A stretch of 64,000 bases of DNA, taken from positions 201,252,001 through 201,316,000 of the forward strand of contig OZ024741.1 of the NCBI GenBank assembly GCA_964016885.1, written 5' to 3'. Position numbers and translations under genes: made by a program. This DNA comes from Eledone cirrhosa (Eukaryota). Of the stretch, positions 1-12,560 are shown one piece after another; positions within the stretch are counted from its first letter, which is position 1, and every line of letters begins with the position of its first letter. The notes under the pieces are model-generated. The model did not search any database, had not been told where the DNA came from, and was given only the letters and a program-made list of their open reading frames with translations.

Positions 1-152
1 GCCATGCTTTCCAGCATAGTTACGTCCCTTTACGATCTGAGTTCATATCCCGCCGAGGTTGACTTTGCCTTTCATCCTTACGGGGTCGATAAAATAAAGT
101 ACCAGTAATGCACTGGGTAATTGCTGGCCTTGTGCCTAAAGTAGAAACAATT
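1..152 (+). mobile_element. tRNA-derived SINE, family 1 (cut by window edge)
   Basis: B-box-like GAGTTCATATCCC, central GCCTTTCATCCTTACGGGGTCGATAAAATAAAGTACCAGT and 3' end GGCCTTGTGCCTAAAGTAGAAACAATT, shared with many copies in the window. Confidence 0.85.
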
Positions 153-175
153 ATTACTACTATATATATATATGT

Positions 176-285
176 ACTGTTATACTTTGGGAGGGTCATG
201 TTGCCAATAAGAAACACACGCACCAGTTGTTTTACTCCAATTTATTATAAATTGTTTATTAAATTAAATTTATAAATTTAAGAAT
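176..285 (-). mobile_element. PLE-like terminal-repeat fragment, family B
   Basis: TATACTTTGGGAGGGTCATGTTGCCAATAAGAAACACACGCACCAGTTG matches the HHR-bearing palindrome arm starting at 62313. Confidence 0.65.
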
Positions 286-290
286 TTATG

Positions 291-330
<40 letters not shown>

Positions 331-334
331 AAGT

Positions 335-475
335 ATGGACTGAGTCCAGAAATAGCCGTCGAAACGGCTTGAGCCCTGCCGTCGGGGTCATACTTTTTCC
401 TATTTCCCACTCTACTACCCTAAGTATTGAGTACTCTGGTGCGTTATGGTCCATCTGGTTCCTTACCACAATTCC
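335..475 (+). mobile_element. PLE-like terminal-repeat fragment, family C, with 3' half of an HHR
   Basis: GAAAC-GGC..GCC-GTC-GGGGTC followed by CCCACTCTACTACCCTAAGTATTGAGTACTCTGGTGCG; same sequence near 39750-39870 and 60865-60975. Confidence 0.65.
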
Positions 476-1594
476 TTATGCTCTAGTTTGCAAAACAGGC
501 AAGTGGTGTCAGACAGAAAGAAATTGTGAGATAGAAAAAATATATATATTAACAGGATCTGGAAAGCAACTGTAGCTTCAAATAAAAACTATAAACTACA
601 ATGGAAACAATAAAAACAATTTCTATAAGATTTAATACAATAAAAAAAAACTATAGAATTCAACAATAACAAATTCTACTCGATTCTATAGGCAAATTCA
701 AGTTTATTTTCCACTCATGGGAAAAGGAGCAGCCATATTTTTGATAGCTCTCATTCTCTTGCAGAATACATTTGAATAAGACTTAGTTATGAATAGAGAG
801 AGAAAGAAAAGTAACGAAGAAGTGGAATTTACGGAATGTAGAAGTAGGAAAAGTAATATAATAAAAAAAAAAGAGGAAAAAAGAAGGAAGAAGAAACGTA
901 AATAAAGAAAAGGAATTTGTGAAAAGAGGGGACAAATATATATACAATACAGGGAGAACAGATGATCAATGTTATAATGAATATATGTAACTCAGTAGAA
1001 ATATGCAGCAGATTCAGCAAACAGATTGAATTCTTTTACCAGTGGTATGAAAAAGACAAGAAGAGGAGAGGCTTATGACTTATTAATATGTTTCAATATT
1101 CTGCGAAATACTTTTGGAAAACGCTTACCTACAAGAGAACCGTCATCAAAATAATTTTATCCTAAGAATTGATTTTCTACTTGCTAGAATTTTATGGAGG
1201 AATTTCTTTGATGAAATTCTTCGATCATTTTGAAAGTTAGAAATTTTACAAGTATCTTCCCTAAACATAATATTGCAGTTAGCGATCAAAAATTAAGATA
1301 AAAAACAATTTTTTAAACATTGGTATACAGAGAGTCTACAAGCAATACTCTCCCAAAAGTGAAAAAAATATCAAAGCGTAAGTTAGCGTCTCAAGAATGG
1401 ACTGATATTTGTGGTACTAAATTTAGGCTGTTACTCCTGGTGTGGTTATAATGGCGCCGTTGCGCCAGCCACTTTAAGCCTGGCAGACACCCCCTTCCCC
1501 ATGTGTGAACACAGTCCATTTCTTTCTGAGAATGAGGCAGAATGATAGAGAGGGAACGGGAAAGAGATATAGAGGAAGAATCGACCTTAATATT

Positions 1595-1722
1595 GGACTG
1601 GTACTTTTTCTTGACCTTGGAAGGTTGAAAGCAAAGTTGACTGCGGTGGGATTGAAACTCAAAGTGTAGAGAGTCCGAATGAATACCGCCCAGCATTTTA
1701 TCTTACGTTCTAACGCCGCCTC
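1595..1722 (-). mobile_element. SINE family 1, diverged copy
   Basis: Reverse complement of the B box and central domain (GGTACTTTTTCTTGACC..GAAAGCAAAGTTGAC..GGGATTGAAACTC). Confidence 0.6.
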
Positions 1723-2257
1723 CCTAAAATACATCAAACAATTATAATTACAACAAGCTTCATCGCCATTGATAGAAATACTAATATTCTAAGAAAAGTA
1801 CTTTCATGAAACCTGGTAGAAAAACAGATATACTTTCAGTTTTAGCTTGTAAAAACCTTCATTATGTATATATACAAGAACGAAGGTAAGAAAGCGACGT
1901 TAGAACGAGAGAAATAGGAAGATGTTTACGTGTGTGTGTCTGAGTATTACCTTACAGTTCTATAGAAATGCGACTTTTTACATGTATGTATAATAATAGT
2001 TCAAAATACTGGGATTAACAGATAGAAGTGACAAGAATGTAGGACATAGGTATAGGTTCTTTTTCAACCCATGATCGCTTGCGTTTGACATTAATGAAGT
2101 GACTCCATTTTTCATCACCAGTGGCAATGGAACGTAAGGAGTTTGTTGTGCGATAGTGGGAGAGCAGAAAAGTCGTAGCTGCCGCCCGACGTTCACGATT
2201 ACGGAAAAACAAAGACCCGAACCTGCTTGACCCGGACAAGGCACTGGTGGCGATCTC

Positions 2258-4255
2258 TTGCCTCAGGCTGTGCAGAGAGTCATAACCAGGATCCCTAAAG
2301 CTGCTCGCATTATCGCGGCCGAAGGGCGAGCGTCGTCTATCGATCGAGCGCTTGAACCGGGTGTCCCGCACAACTGGACCAAACTATTCAGTTTTGCGAC
2401 CCTCGAATTCGGGATCCCGATGGCAAGAAACCTGACGGTGGGCAGAGATTGGGCCCCTCCCTGACTTTAAGACTAAAGAGCAATATCGCTTCTTTTTGCG
2501 ACCCTTCGCTTTCGAGCCTCTCGGCCCTCACGTGCTGCCAACCAGTCATACAGCACATGCAGTCCACTTACGACTGCCCAAAACTTCTCTAGGATAGAAT
2601 CAACCTCAAACTAATTGAGGGCAACGTTTCGACTGCGGTACATGTGCTGGCCTCGAGTGACACTGTACTTCGGCCCACACGGATGTCCTACCAGCGCTTC
2701 GCCATAAACACCTGGACTCCCCAGTCGACATCAGGGACGTCCTAGACCCGGCCAGTAATCTTTCCTTGTCTGCGTCTAGTGAGGCTGTAGTAGCTGTCCT
2801 AAGATCCTTCACAAGGAGCAGCAATGGCTTGCGCCCCGGCCAAATTAGCGATCTTATCTCACCTCACGTTGTTGGGGAAGGAACTCGATTGCTCCAGTCA
2901 ATCACAGCCCACACCATCTGTCTTCTCTGCACCAACTTGCCCTGCCATCTGACCGCCCTGAGGAAGAATGACGAAGGCGTCGCCCATCGCAGTGGGCAAT
3001 GTCTTCCGACGACTTGCAAGCCAGTCAAAGAGGACCTGGGCGAGGCGCTAAACCCTGTCCAGCTCGGAGTGGGATTCCAGTCCAGATGTGAGGCTGCAGC
3101 CAATACTGCTAGACATTTTATTGGCACAAGCTTCCTTTGTCACCCCACATCCTTGTGAAGCTGGACATGAGAAACGCCTTCAACATCGTTAAGCGGGTTT
3201 GCGTGTTACAGACGTGTCTCAGACGAGCCTCCTCAATTTACCCTCATGTTCTTGTACTGAAGACCCAGCATACTCATGACCGCTGACAAGGTCACTTACG
3301 CTAAGGGTGTCCAACAAGCAGACCTACCTCTTTGTGCTGGCAGTTGACGACGTTGCTCGTTCTTTCTGGTCGCTTTTCAACGTTCGGTACATGGACGACG
3401 TGACTCTGGCTGGCTCGGCTAAAATAGTAGTTGACGACCTTCGGCTAATCACCAACTATAAAGCTCCTCGAGCTCGAGTTCAACCCATTGAAGTCCAAGG
3501 TGATAAATGTCATCTACGGAGAAGCTGAATTCCACAACGCCGTATTCAACATCTATTCCGTCTTGTCCATGGCTCGGCTAATTCCCAAAGATGCCACCTA
3601 CATTATCGGCTCTCCAATTCTCTCGAAAGCCATATGAAAGTACCTGGGCATCAAGCACGAAGACCTGTCGAGAATGATAGAGATGATGTGCCTTGTTGAC
3701 GCTCACCCGACACTCTTCCTCCTAAGGAACTGCTTCGTCCTTTCAAAATGTTTGTTCATGCTTCGCCGTGCACCTTGTCACCCCCACGCAGTCAGATCAC
3801 CTCGGTGAACATGACGCCACCATCATGACGCCACTCATCTGCAATGTCAGTTTCGACAGAACAGGCTGGCAACAAGCAAAACTCCGAGCGAGGTTCGGTG
3901 GGCTCGGCCATCGGTCCGCTTCGGATTTGGCACTGCCGGCCTGCCTGTCTTTAATCTCTTCCAGTCGGATCGAGTCTGGCTTGGACCAACACCGCCTCGC
4001 CTACCAAACAGCGATGCATGGCTCAATTTGGTGCCCTCCTCATCAACCGGTAACCTTCTTGGTGTACATTCGCATCGGAGTGCCCCAACTGCCGAGCTCC
4101 TCCGTAATATCGGAACATCAGCAACCCATCTGAGGAAGGAGCCCTGCGAGGTGGAGTGGCTGTTGCAGCGTGTGTCGCTGGCCATTGTCCGCGGAAATAC
4201 CTTTGCAGTTTTGTCCGCGCGGCGCAACCGAAACACCGCCTCGTTCCAGGTATAA
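2258..4255 (+). pseudogene. Decayed CRE-clade non-LTR retrotransposon (RT + restriction-like endonuclease), frameshifted
   Basis: Motifs across frames: RIPKAAR, PVQLGVG..CEAAAN, LVKLDMRNAFN, GVQQ, YMDDVTLAG, WQQAKL..RFGGLG and C-terminal WLLQRVSLAIVRGN; GC-rich island. Confidence 0.8.
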
Positions 4256-4736
4256 GGCCTGTCACCCTCTTCCATTCCGTTTCTTCCGTAGCCTGATAGT
4301 CTTTGCCTTTCCCCCTCCCTTTTCCTCTGTTTTATGACATTCATACCCCTTTGCTCTAATTTCCTTCACAACCACATCTGCCCTTCTTTACCCCTTCCCC
4401 CCATTTTTCATTACTTAATTTTTTTAATTTATTTTTTTATATTTCCCTCATTGTATAACTTCTTTTTGTAAAATATAATTGACATAATATGTTTATATAT
4501 AATAGATAACAAAATAAAATTAAAAGAAGAGCTTGTGATAAGCGAGCTAGGGTATGCGTATGTGTGTGTGTCTGGGGATAGTGTGTGTGTCTGGGGATTA
4601 AGTGTGTGAGTGTATGCGTGTGCAATACAAACCAAATTAATACGAAAAAAGAAAAAAAGGAAAAGTTAAATTTACCAAAATAAAAAAAACGTAGATTGGG
4701 TAGATTAAGTATCCAGGCTTGGGAAAATGATAATAA

Positions 4737-4862
4737 TTGTTTCTACTTTTGGCACAAAGCCAGCAATTTTGAGGGGATGAGAAAGTTGATTAAATCGCAC
4801 CAGTACGTTACTGGTACTTTATTTCATCGACCTCATAAGGATGTAAGACAAAGTTAACCTGG
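4737..4862 (-). mobile_element. SINE family 1, 3' part
   Basis: TTGTTTCTACTTTTGGCACAAAGCCAGC...CTGGTACTTTATTTCATCGACCTC. Confidence 0.75.
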
Positions 4863-4895
4863 ACGATAAGATAACAGTAACGAAATATTAATTTG

Positions 4896-4934
4896 TCCTA
4901 ATATTTCGAGACTTAAAATTCCCTTCTTCAGAGA
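4896..4934 (-). ncRNA. Minimal type I hammerhead ribozyme motif
   Basis: Minus strand TCT-CTGAAGA-A-GGGA(ATTTTAAG)TCTC-GAAA-TAT-TA-GGA; lies 3' of a GIY-YIG fragment on the same strand; stem I is only 3 bp. Confidence 0.55.
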
Positions 4935-5164
4935 ATAAGGAACTCTGAGTAAAATGTTCCGGTTTCTTCTCTTTGGATTTAAATTTAGATTTAAATGTTA
5001 TAAACCACTTACAAGCGTTTTTGTTCAGGATAAACTCGAAGATGACGTCAGTTGTCGATGTAATATTTCATTGAAACAATTTCCTTGTATGATATGCTGT
5101 TTAAGTTGCATGTGTGTGTAGGTGTGTCTTTTTACGTCAAGTATTGTGTACTGAATTCCATTCT

Positions 5165-5390
5165 GTTATTGATTTGGGTTGAGTCTACATATGAGCAAGG
5201 CTTCCTTTATTCCTAAATCGCCCGCATTTCTCTCTCTGGCTTCAATAGTGACTTTTATATTTTGTTGGTGTGTCTGCATTTGTCAATGTGTTTTTTTTTT
5301 AATGAGGATGAATGTGTGCAGAGGTGTTCTTTAATGCGGATGTGAAGTGCTCGAGTCGTGTTTCCAACGTAAAACTCCTTACATTTACTG

Positions 5391-5392
<2 letters not shown>
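5165..5392 (-). pseudogene. Penelope-like GIY-YIG endonuclease C-terminal fragment
   Basis: CSKCKEFYVGNTTRALHIRIKEH..KHIDKC then, after a frameshift, LGIKEALLI..LNPN. Confidence 0.75.
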
Positions 5393-5465
<73 letters not shown>

Positions 5466-5473
<8 letters not shown>

Positions 5474-5610
5474 ATATTTGGGGAGGGTTACATTGTTACA
5501 ATATTGCCAGAAATATATAATAAAACTCACTCACTGTGTGGTTTGGATTGGTTTTCGCTTCCGTATATTTTATATCTCTATAATTAATTTAGCTGGTAAT
5601 CAATGTTTAT
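5466..5610 (+). repeat. Dispersed repeat, also at ~33085-33205 (-)
   Basis: TATATTTGGGGAGGG..ATATTGCCAGAAATA..TGGTTTGGATTGGTTTTCGC shared by both copies; both abut (TA)n. Confidence 0.65.
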
Positions 5611-5652
5611 CATTGATTGACCAACAGTTAAAAATATAGATATAAATGTGTT

Positions 5653-5703
<51 letters not shown>

Positions 5704-6353
5704 ATAATAATAAATTTGAAGACTAAAATCCAAAGAGGGCTCGATAAGGATTAATATATATCAAATATATAAGAACCGTAGAGCAAATAATGACGTATTA
5801 TCTTCGTTTTTTTCCGTTCGTTGCCAGGGAACGTTTCCACGAACGTTTCCTGTCTTCCTTCGGTTGCAACGTTTTTCGAAATATTTACTTCTGCGTTCGC
5901 AGATTGATTTTTTTAGTTTCAGAAGATCCCGTTAAGGGTGAAAGCAGCGATTCTTTGCTTAAACTTTAATCTGTTATTTTAACATATACAATCTCTCGGA
6001 GTTCTTTCATTGCACACCTGTGACATGTGTGTGTGTTTTTTTGGCAATATGTATGTATGTATATATATATATGAATGATAACATCCGATCTCAATCAAAA
6101 ACCGCTTGACATCACGAAACTACTTGACTTCTAAATGCTGGCAGGTGCTTTTTCGTGCTCTCCCCTCGCTCCACATATAATATATATATATAAGTTAAAG
6201 TATCATAACATATATAATATGCATGATGATTATGTTTCTCAATAGACAAGCTTAATGGAAGTTTGTCCAGAGCATCAATAATTTAAATTAAAAGATGTAT
6301 ATATATATATACAGAGAGAAAGAGAAATATATCGTTAAATAAACATAGTATTT

Positions 6354-6394
<41 letters not shown>

Positions 6395-7269
6395 CATAAC
6401 ATATTTAGGAAAAAGTATATTATTTAAGGTGGAAAAGTTCTTATTTTCCTTAAGGTACCTTTTCTTAGTTCGTAAACGCTTGCTTCAGTATTGAACGTAT
6501 CCCCCACTTTCTCTCCTGATTGAAAGGAGGTACGGCTAAAATAAGTGAGCGACACGCATTCAGTCAACATAAAGTAACAACACACACCTGCTTTAATATC
6601 AAAGTCCACTCTCTCCTCTGTTGGCTGCAGCACATTTTGTCATACATTCTTTATATCTCTTCCATATGTGTATATATGTCATATCTACTTAATATTTAGC
6701 CAGTGAAGTAATACTTCCATACCTCCATACAGTTTAAGGGCATTGTTTTTGTATTCTAATGCACGCTAAGGTAAAAAAGAGATCTATGTAAGTCATATTT
6801 GTAGTTGGTGGTGGCGGTGGCACTGTTGACGTCTCACCGTTATTTTTCTAAACTCAAGAAAGCTTCTAGGTGTAAGTTTGAAAACAAAGGCTACGAAGCG
6901 GAGTTTCAGCTAGATCCTGTGGCTTAATTGATCTGAATGTGGCCCGGGCCTCGTAGAGTGTAAGAAGTTAAGGTCCGAAACACTTGAGTGAGATGGGTTT
7001 CTCTCCTGAAAGTTTCTTACCACTGTCTTCTTCATATCTTTCTCGTGTGTGTGTGTGTATATATATATATACCACATTTTCTTATATAGCTCCGTGTGTA
7101 TATGTGTGTTCATCAGCCTCTCACTGAATTTGGGGTAAATATTTTGGTTCTTCTTCTGAATGTGGCTGGAGTAGTCCAATTCTATATATGATTTCATACT
7201 TTATTCTTTATTCCTTTCATATATTGTCTGTGCTTGGGTTTTCATATCACTGATGAAAGACTGGTAAAT

Positions 7270-8135
7270 ATTTTGTTTCTTTTTCTGAATGTGGCTGAAG
7301 TAGTCCAATTCTATGGTACACTTGCACTTAGATCCCGAAAATGAGTAAAAAGCCACCTTCGGGGATGACATTTGCACCAAATGATGTCATTTGAAATGGA
7401 TTATTCTACTTCTGGACATGTCGAAAGTGAAGAAAGTGTCATGATTCAGTAGTTGTACCAATCAGCAGTCCCCTCAAGGGTTCTGGCGGTTCAAGTAACA
7501 GTCTAGATTTAATCTTTCCATTTAAACCGCACAATCGCGTTGACTCACCATTCTATATTTTAGTACCACAATTCAGACAAATTTTATTCATTGAAAAAAT
7601 TCGAATTAAAAGTTCTGAGCAAAGTCCCACTTGGCAACCTTTTGAAATCGTAAATCTTCAGTTCTTGCTCTCTGTTCAGATAGCCTTTGAATTGTTTGAG
7701 CTTCAGTTTCTCATGCCACCTTTGAGATGCTCTATTTCTCTCCATCTGCTGTCTTAATGATTTTCGTACATCTGATTCCTCTTGACGAATAGTTGCTCTC
7801 ATTGCTCTTTCTTCGGCGAGCCTTTGTTCCTCTGATTCATCCTGTCTAGTCTGTGCACTTCTTATGTGCATCTGATCCATCTTCTCTGTTTAGTGCTGTA
7901 GTTTCGTACATCTAATTCCTCTTGACAAAAAAAGTTGCTTTCCTTGTCCTATCATCAGCAAACCTTTTTGATCTTTGTTCTTCTGATTCATTTTGCCTAT
8001 ATTCCACTGTTGATTTTCTTTGCTCTTCACTATCATTCTCTCTTTGTAGCTGCTTTTCCATAGCTTTATGAGAATTTCTTCAAAATAAAGGTCTATTCTT
8101 CGGGGGCAATTTTTACTTGCAGCTTCAAATGCCAC
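7270..8135 (-). pseudogene. Decayed Helitron RepHel N-terminal region
   Basis: Charged repeats (RQDESEEQRL..RQEES) followed by LCGLNGKIK..EPPEPLRGLL..FQMTSFGA..QVYHRIG, with stops and frameshifts. Confidence 0.8.
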
Positions 8136-8325
8136 TATTATTAATTTAAAAATCGTAAATAGTTCTGTTAATGGTGGATTTAAGTCGAGTCAAATTTCGT
8201 TGAATGAGAACTCACTGCATTAACTTCTAATGATTTTTCGGATACAACAACCAAAAACTAACGGAAATAAAAATGCAATAGAATATTACAGGTTTCTCAA
8301 ATGTTATTTTTAATAGTGTTTCCAT

Positions 8326-8464
8326 AAAAAAAAAACCATGTCTATGTGTTCGGCCGGTGCTACGTATATTTAACAGGAGTAAAAATACTTGGGTTAATCT
8401 AAATTTCACTCCTGTTAAATATATGCATAGCACCGGCCGAACATAGAGCCATGGTTTTTTTTTT
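8326..8464. repeat. Fold-back inverted repeat (~55-bp imperfect arms)
   Basis: CCATG..GTTCGGCCGGTGCTA..ATATTTAACAGGAGT / ACTCCTGTTAAATAT..TAGCACCGGCCGAAC..CATGG. Confidence 0.85.
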
Positions 8465-8944
8465 GGGGGGGGGGGTACCATCACGGAAGATAATATTGAT
8501 AAAATACTGCATTGAGGTGCCGTTCTAGTGCATTTGAGTAATTAATAACTAAATTTTATTAATTAGGAATTTAATTAGTATTAAGTTATATTTGCTTTGC
8601 TCTTTAACCAATGTTAGACCTGGCATATTCATATTCACTCTACAATATTCCTTGTTTCTCATAGGTTCTAACCCCCTTTAGAGATAGCTGTAAAGAATTC
8701 TCTTTTAACGCATGACCGACCTGGCAGCCACGGGTCAGAATGTCATCTTACTCCCGCCCCTTTGTTCTACAGGCAAGTTCAGCCAACCCCACCCTCACCC
8801 GCCGTTATGAAGGAATTTAACTATGTATACGACATCCCAAAATCTTTGACCACTCCCCATGACAGAAAAGAAAAACAACAATTTTAGGATTGTTTGATAT
8901 GATACTACTGCTATGTTTTGATTACATGCCCATATATGGATTGT

Positions 8945-9040
8945 ACCCCTTGATGAGTTCAACTACATCACTACCGTCCTAACACTACTGGTTTAGTTCA
9001 GATCTAGCTGTCGAAACGGCCGGAGCTCAGCCGTCGGGGT
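8945..9040 (+). ncRNA. Type I HHR motif with long stem II and a C3U core change
   Basis: ACCCC-TTGATGA-[G..CAACTACATC...GATCTAGCTG.C]-GAAAC-GGC(CGGAGCTCA)GCC-GTC-GGGGT; 3' half repeated near 60475-60512. Confidence 0.65.
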
Positions 9041-9475
9041 CCTGACTCTTTTTCCTTATGTATATATGTATACAGATATTGAATTGCTACATGAACAAAT
9101 GTTTCTTAATATTAGGTCTACGTGACAGGCTTATATAGTTGAAATAGTTGCCAAAAGACCGCCTGATACAGCTCAACAAATCCAGAGCAGTTTATATATC
9201 GATCTCCCTACCATGGTTTCATTTCTGGAAGAAGAAACTATTGGAAAAGACCAATATTTGAAGAATTCACAAAATCTTCAGGGGCGTATTCTTCAATTCA
9301 AAGAGACCATATTTGTCATGAAATTCCACATACCGTTTTTTTTTTTTTTTGTCTGTCTGGCATATACTCCCATAAATCGAGTTTTTTTCTCTTAAATTTA
9401 ATATGTAATATTACTTCTCTGATTGGTATCTATATATTTTAGCCATTCATTGAGATGTTTGAGTATTAGAGACTA

Positions 9476-9543
<68 letters not shown>

Positions 9544-9545
<2 letters not shown>

Positions 9546-10059
9546 CTTGAATCTCAGTCATTGATGTTAGTTAACTGGAAAGTCCGTTGGAATGAATATC
9601 AAGTCACTACCTGCAGCCTCAGATATTCAGGACGTATCGGAGGGTTCTTGCTGTTCCCACCAAGCATGCCTTTTGAAGCGTTCCAAAAAGCGTGAAGGGG
9701 CCGATTTTCTTTAACCATCCCTGGAAACTTTTGGAGATAGTCCCCAGTGCGCCTATGACAATCGGGACCACTTTGACTTCATGGCAGTTCCAAATCCTTT
9801 TTACCTTCCACTTTAAGTCCTGGTATCGGTTAATTTTCTCCCTCTCCTTCTCTTGCACTCTCGTGTCGAATGGGCAGGCCACATCCACAATCAGACACGA
9901 TCTTTTTTCTTTGTCCACAACCACCAGGTCAGGTCTATTGTGTTCCAGTTTCTTGTCCGTCTGTATCCTAAAATCCCACAGCACCTTCACCTGATCGTTC
10001 TCCGTCACCGCCTCTGGCTTATGCTCATACCATTTCTCAGAATGTGGTAAATTGTTTAC

Positions 10060-10062
<3 letters not shown>
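9544..10062 (-). mobile_element. R4/Dong-like retrotransposon, short 5'-truncated copy
   Basis: RLE domain (NRPDLVVVDK..VDVACP..EKINRY) plus ~75-bp 3' UTR, near-identical to the long copy; (TAA)n on both sides. Confidence 0.9.
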
Positions 10063-10101
<39 letters not shown>

Positions 10102-10103
10102 GG

Positions 10104-10292
10104 GGCGGTGGATTGGCAGTATCGGTAGAGGGTCGAATGCCATGCTTTGACTCATAGAGTTACGGCTCTTGCCATTCTGAATTCAAATCCCACCGAGGTT
10201 AACTTTGCCTTTCATCCTTACGGAGTCGATAAAATAAAGTACCAGTAATGTACTGGTTAATTGCTGGCCTTGTGCTAAAAGTAGAAACAATT
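10104..10292 (+). mobile_element. SINE family 1, full length
   Basis: GGCGGTGGATTGGCAGTATCGGTAGAG (A box), GAATTCAAATCCC (B box), central domain, ATT tail. Confidence 0.9.
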
Positions 10293-10301
10293 ATTATTAT
10301 T

Positions 10302-10558
10302 GTTCTTTGAGTCTCAGTCATTGATGTTATTTAACTGGAAAGTTTGTTGAAATGAATATCAAGCTTGATACATTCAGGACGTATCGGAGGGTTCTTGCTG
10401 TTCCCAGCAAGCATGCCTTTTGAAGTGTTCCAAAAAGCGGGACTGGACTAATCTTCTTTAACCATCATTGAAAACTCTTTGAGATAGTACCTAGTCCGCC
10501 TATGACAATCGGGACCACTTTGATTTCATGGCAGTTCCAAATCCTTTTTAACTCCCAC

Positions 10559-10561
<3 letters not shown>
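10302..10561 (-). mobile_element. R4/Dong-like retrotransposon, older and shorter 3' fragment
   Basis: Diverged copy of the same ORF end and 3' UTR, between (TAA)n tracts. Confidence 0.85.
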
Positions 10562-10615
<54 letters not shown>

Positions 10616-10623
10616 GTTGTTAT

Positions 10624-12486
10624 TCCTTGAATCTCAGTCATTGATGTTGGTTAACTGGAAAGTCCGTTGGATTGAATATCAAGCCACTACCTGCAGCCTC
10701 AGATATTCAGGACGTATCGGAGGGTTCTTGCTGTTCCAAGCAAGCATGCCTTTTGAAGCGTTCCAAAAAGCGTGAAGGGGCCGATTTTCTTTAACCATCC
10801 CTGGAAACTTTTGGAGATAGTCCCCAGTGCGCCTATGACAATCGGGATCACTTTGACTTCATGGCAGTTCCAAATCCTTTTCACCTCCCACTTTAGGTCC
10901 TGGTATCGGTTAATTTTCTCCCTCTCCTTCTCTTGCACTCTCGTGTCGAACGGCCAGGCCACATCCACAATCAGACACGATCTTTTTTCTTTGTCCACAA
11001 CCACCAGGTCAGGTCTATTGTGTTCCAGTTTTTTGTCCGTCTGTATCCTAAAATCCCACAGCACCTTCACCTGATTGTTCTCCATCACCGCCTCTGGCCT
11101 ATGCTCATACCATTTCTCAGAATGTGGTAAATTGTTTACTTTGCACAGGTGCCAGTGGATCACCCTGCCCATCACATCGTGTCTCCAGCCCTTATAGTGG
11201 GTCTGGGCTAGGTGTTTACACTCGGACACAATGTGAGCCACAGTCTCCTCTCTCTCTCCACAGATCCTGCACAGTGGGCTAGCCTCCTCCTTGTAGATAT
11301 GGTGCTTCAACCACTTCGTTTTGAGGGCCTGCTCCTGCGCAGCCATTAGCATTCCTTCTGTAGCCTTTTTGAGGTCTCCTCTTCTCAACCAGTTCCATGT
11401 CTGTGGATTTCTAAATTCAGTTTTCTCAAAGAAGGTACTATGAAGGGATTTTCCCTTAAGGCTGCTCTTCCTCCTTGATGTTATTTCCTCCTTGGACATC
11501 CCCTGGCCTACTGTCCCCTCCTTCAGTACAGTTCTGAGCATTGGCTCCTTACTATAGGTCACGTATTTGTATAGGTTGTTTTTCTCCATCTGAACACAGT
11601 CCTCTATGCTGATAAGACCTCTTCCACCCTCAGATCTCCTTAGGTAGAGTCTATCGACATCACTCCTCTTGTGGAACATGTTGTAGATAGTCAATAGCTT
11701 CCTAGTCTTCCTATCCATTTCTTTTTGTTCAGCAACATTCCATCTCAGAATTCCCGCACTGTACCTAATAATAGACACAGCTCGGGAATTTACTGCGCTT
11801 ATGGCATTTCTGCTGTTCAGATGTGACTTCAATACGCTCCTTACTCTCCGAATGTATTCAGTTCTTAACAATTCCTTCATTTTTTTCTTCTTTATGCCAT
11901 CAGCCTCCAGAACGCCCAAATACTTGTATCCTTTCTCAGAGTCAATTTCCTTTATCATCTCACCTGTTGGTATCTGGATCCCGTTACTTCTGCTCAACCT
12001 ACCCCTCTTCATCACAATGACTCCACATTTACCAATACCAAACTGCATACATATATCACTGCTGAAAATACGGACAGTGTCAACAAGCACATCCAACTCC
12101 TTCTCACTTTTCCCGAAGAGCTTAAGATCGTCCATGAAGAGGAGGTGATTGATGGTAAGCTCTCCCCTTCCCAACTTGTATCCTGCTCTCACTTTTCGCA
12201 GCATAATGGTCAAGGGCATCAGGGCAAGGACAAACAACAGAGGGGACAGGCTATCTCCCTGGAAGATACCTCTCTTGATCATCACGCTTCCCAAGGATAC
12301 TCCAGTTGATGTCAACTCTGTCTCCCAGGACCCCATACTCCTGCCTAGCAACTGTCTGATGTTATCTGCCACCCTGAAGATCTCCAGGCTTTTGGTGATC
12401 CAGGAATGAGGCACCATGTCAAATGCCTTTCTGTAGTCTATCCATCCCATGGCAAGATCAGTGTGTCTCCTCCTGCAATTCCCCAT
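10624..12486 (-). mobile_element. R4/Dong-like retrotransposon, 5'-truncated, inserted in (TAA)n
   Basis: Open RT-CCHC-RLE frame plus 3' UTR; (TAA)n at 10562-10623 and ~12499-12560. Confidence 0.92.
10699..12486 (-). CDS. Partial RT + CCHC zinc knuckle + restriction-like endonuclease (595 aa, N-truncated)
   Basis: WIDYRKAFDMVPH, GIFQGDSLSPLLF, HLLFMDDLKL, CRICGEREETVAHIVSEC, RHD, NRPDLVV..DVAWP..EKINRY; the ATG comes from the junction. Confidence 0.88.
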   Translation of the reverse strand: MGNCRRRHTDLAMGWIDYRKAFDMVPHSWITKSLEIFRVADNIRQLLGRSMGSWETELTSTGVSLGSVMIKRGIFQGDSLSPLLFVLALMPLTIMLRKVRAGYKLGRGELTINHLLFMDDLKLFGKSEKELDVLVDTVRIFSSDICMQFGIGKCGVIVMKRGRLSRSNGIQIPTGEMIKEIDSEKGYKYLGVLEADGIKKKKMKELLRTEYIRRVRSVLKSHLNSRNAISAVNSRAVSIIRYSAGILRWNVAEQKEMDRKTRKLLTIYNMFHKRSDVDRLYLRRSEGGRGLISIEDCVQMEKNNLYKYVTYSKEPMLRTVLKEGTVGQGMSKEEITSRRKSSLKGKSLHSTFFEKTEFRNPQTWNWLRRGDLKKATEGMLMAAQEQALKTKWLKHHIYKEEASPLCRICGEREETVAHIVSECKHLAQTHYKGWRHDVMGRVIHWHLCKVNNLPHSEKWYEHRPEAVMENNQVKVLWDFRIQTDKKLEHNRPDLVVVDKEKRSCLIVDVAWPFDTRVQEKEREKINRYQDLKWEVKRIWNCHEVKVIPIVIGALGTISKSFQGWLKKIGPFTLFGTLQKACLLGTARTLRYVLNI

Positions 12487-12496
12487 TATTATTCCC

Positions 12497-12560
<64 letters not shown>

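Noticed and set aside
5915-5950. Further HHR-like strings (5915-5950 +, 39374-39420 -, 47600-47670 -, CTGATGA at ~7250, ~33671 and ~53506)
   Set aside because: Core boxes or stem I are broken or missing; too degenerate to call.
10104-10292. SINE family 1 as the non-autonomous partner of the adjacent Dong-like element
   Set aside because: No shared 3' sequence, and the tails are of opposite sense (ATT versus TAA).
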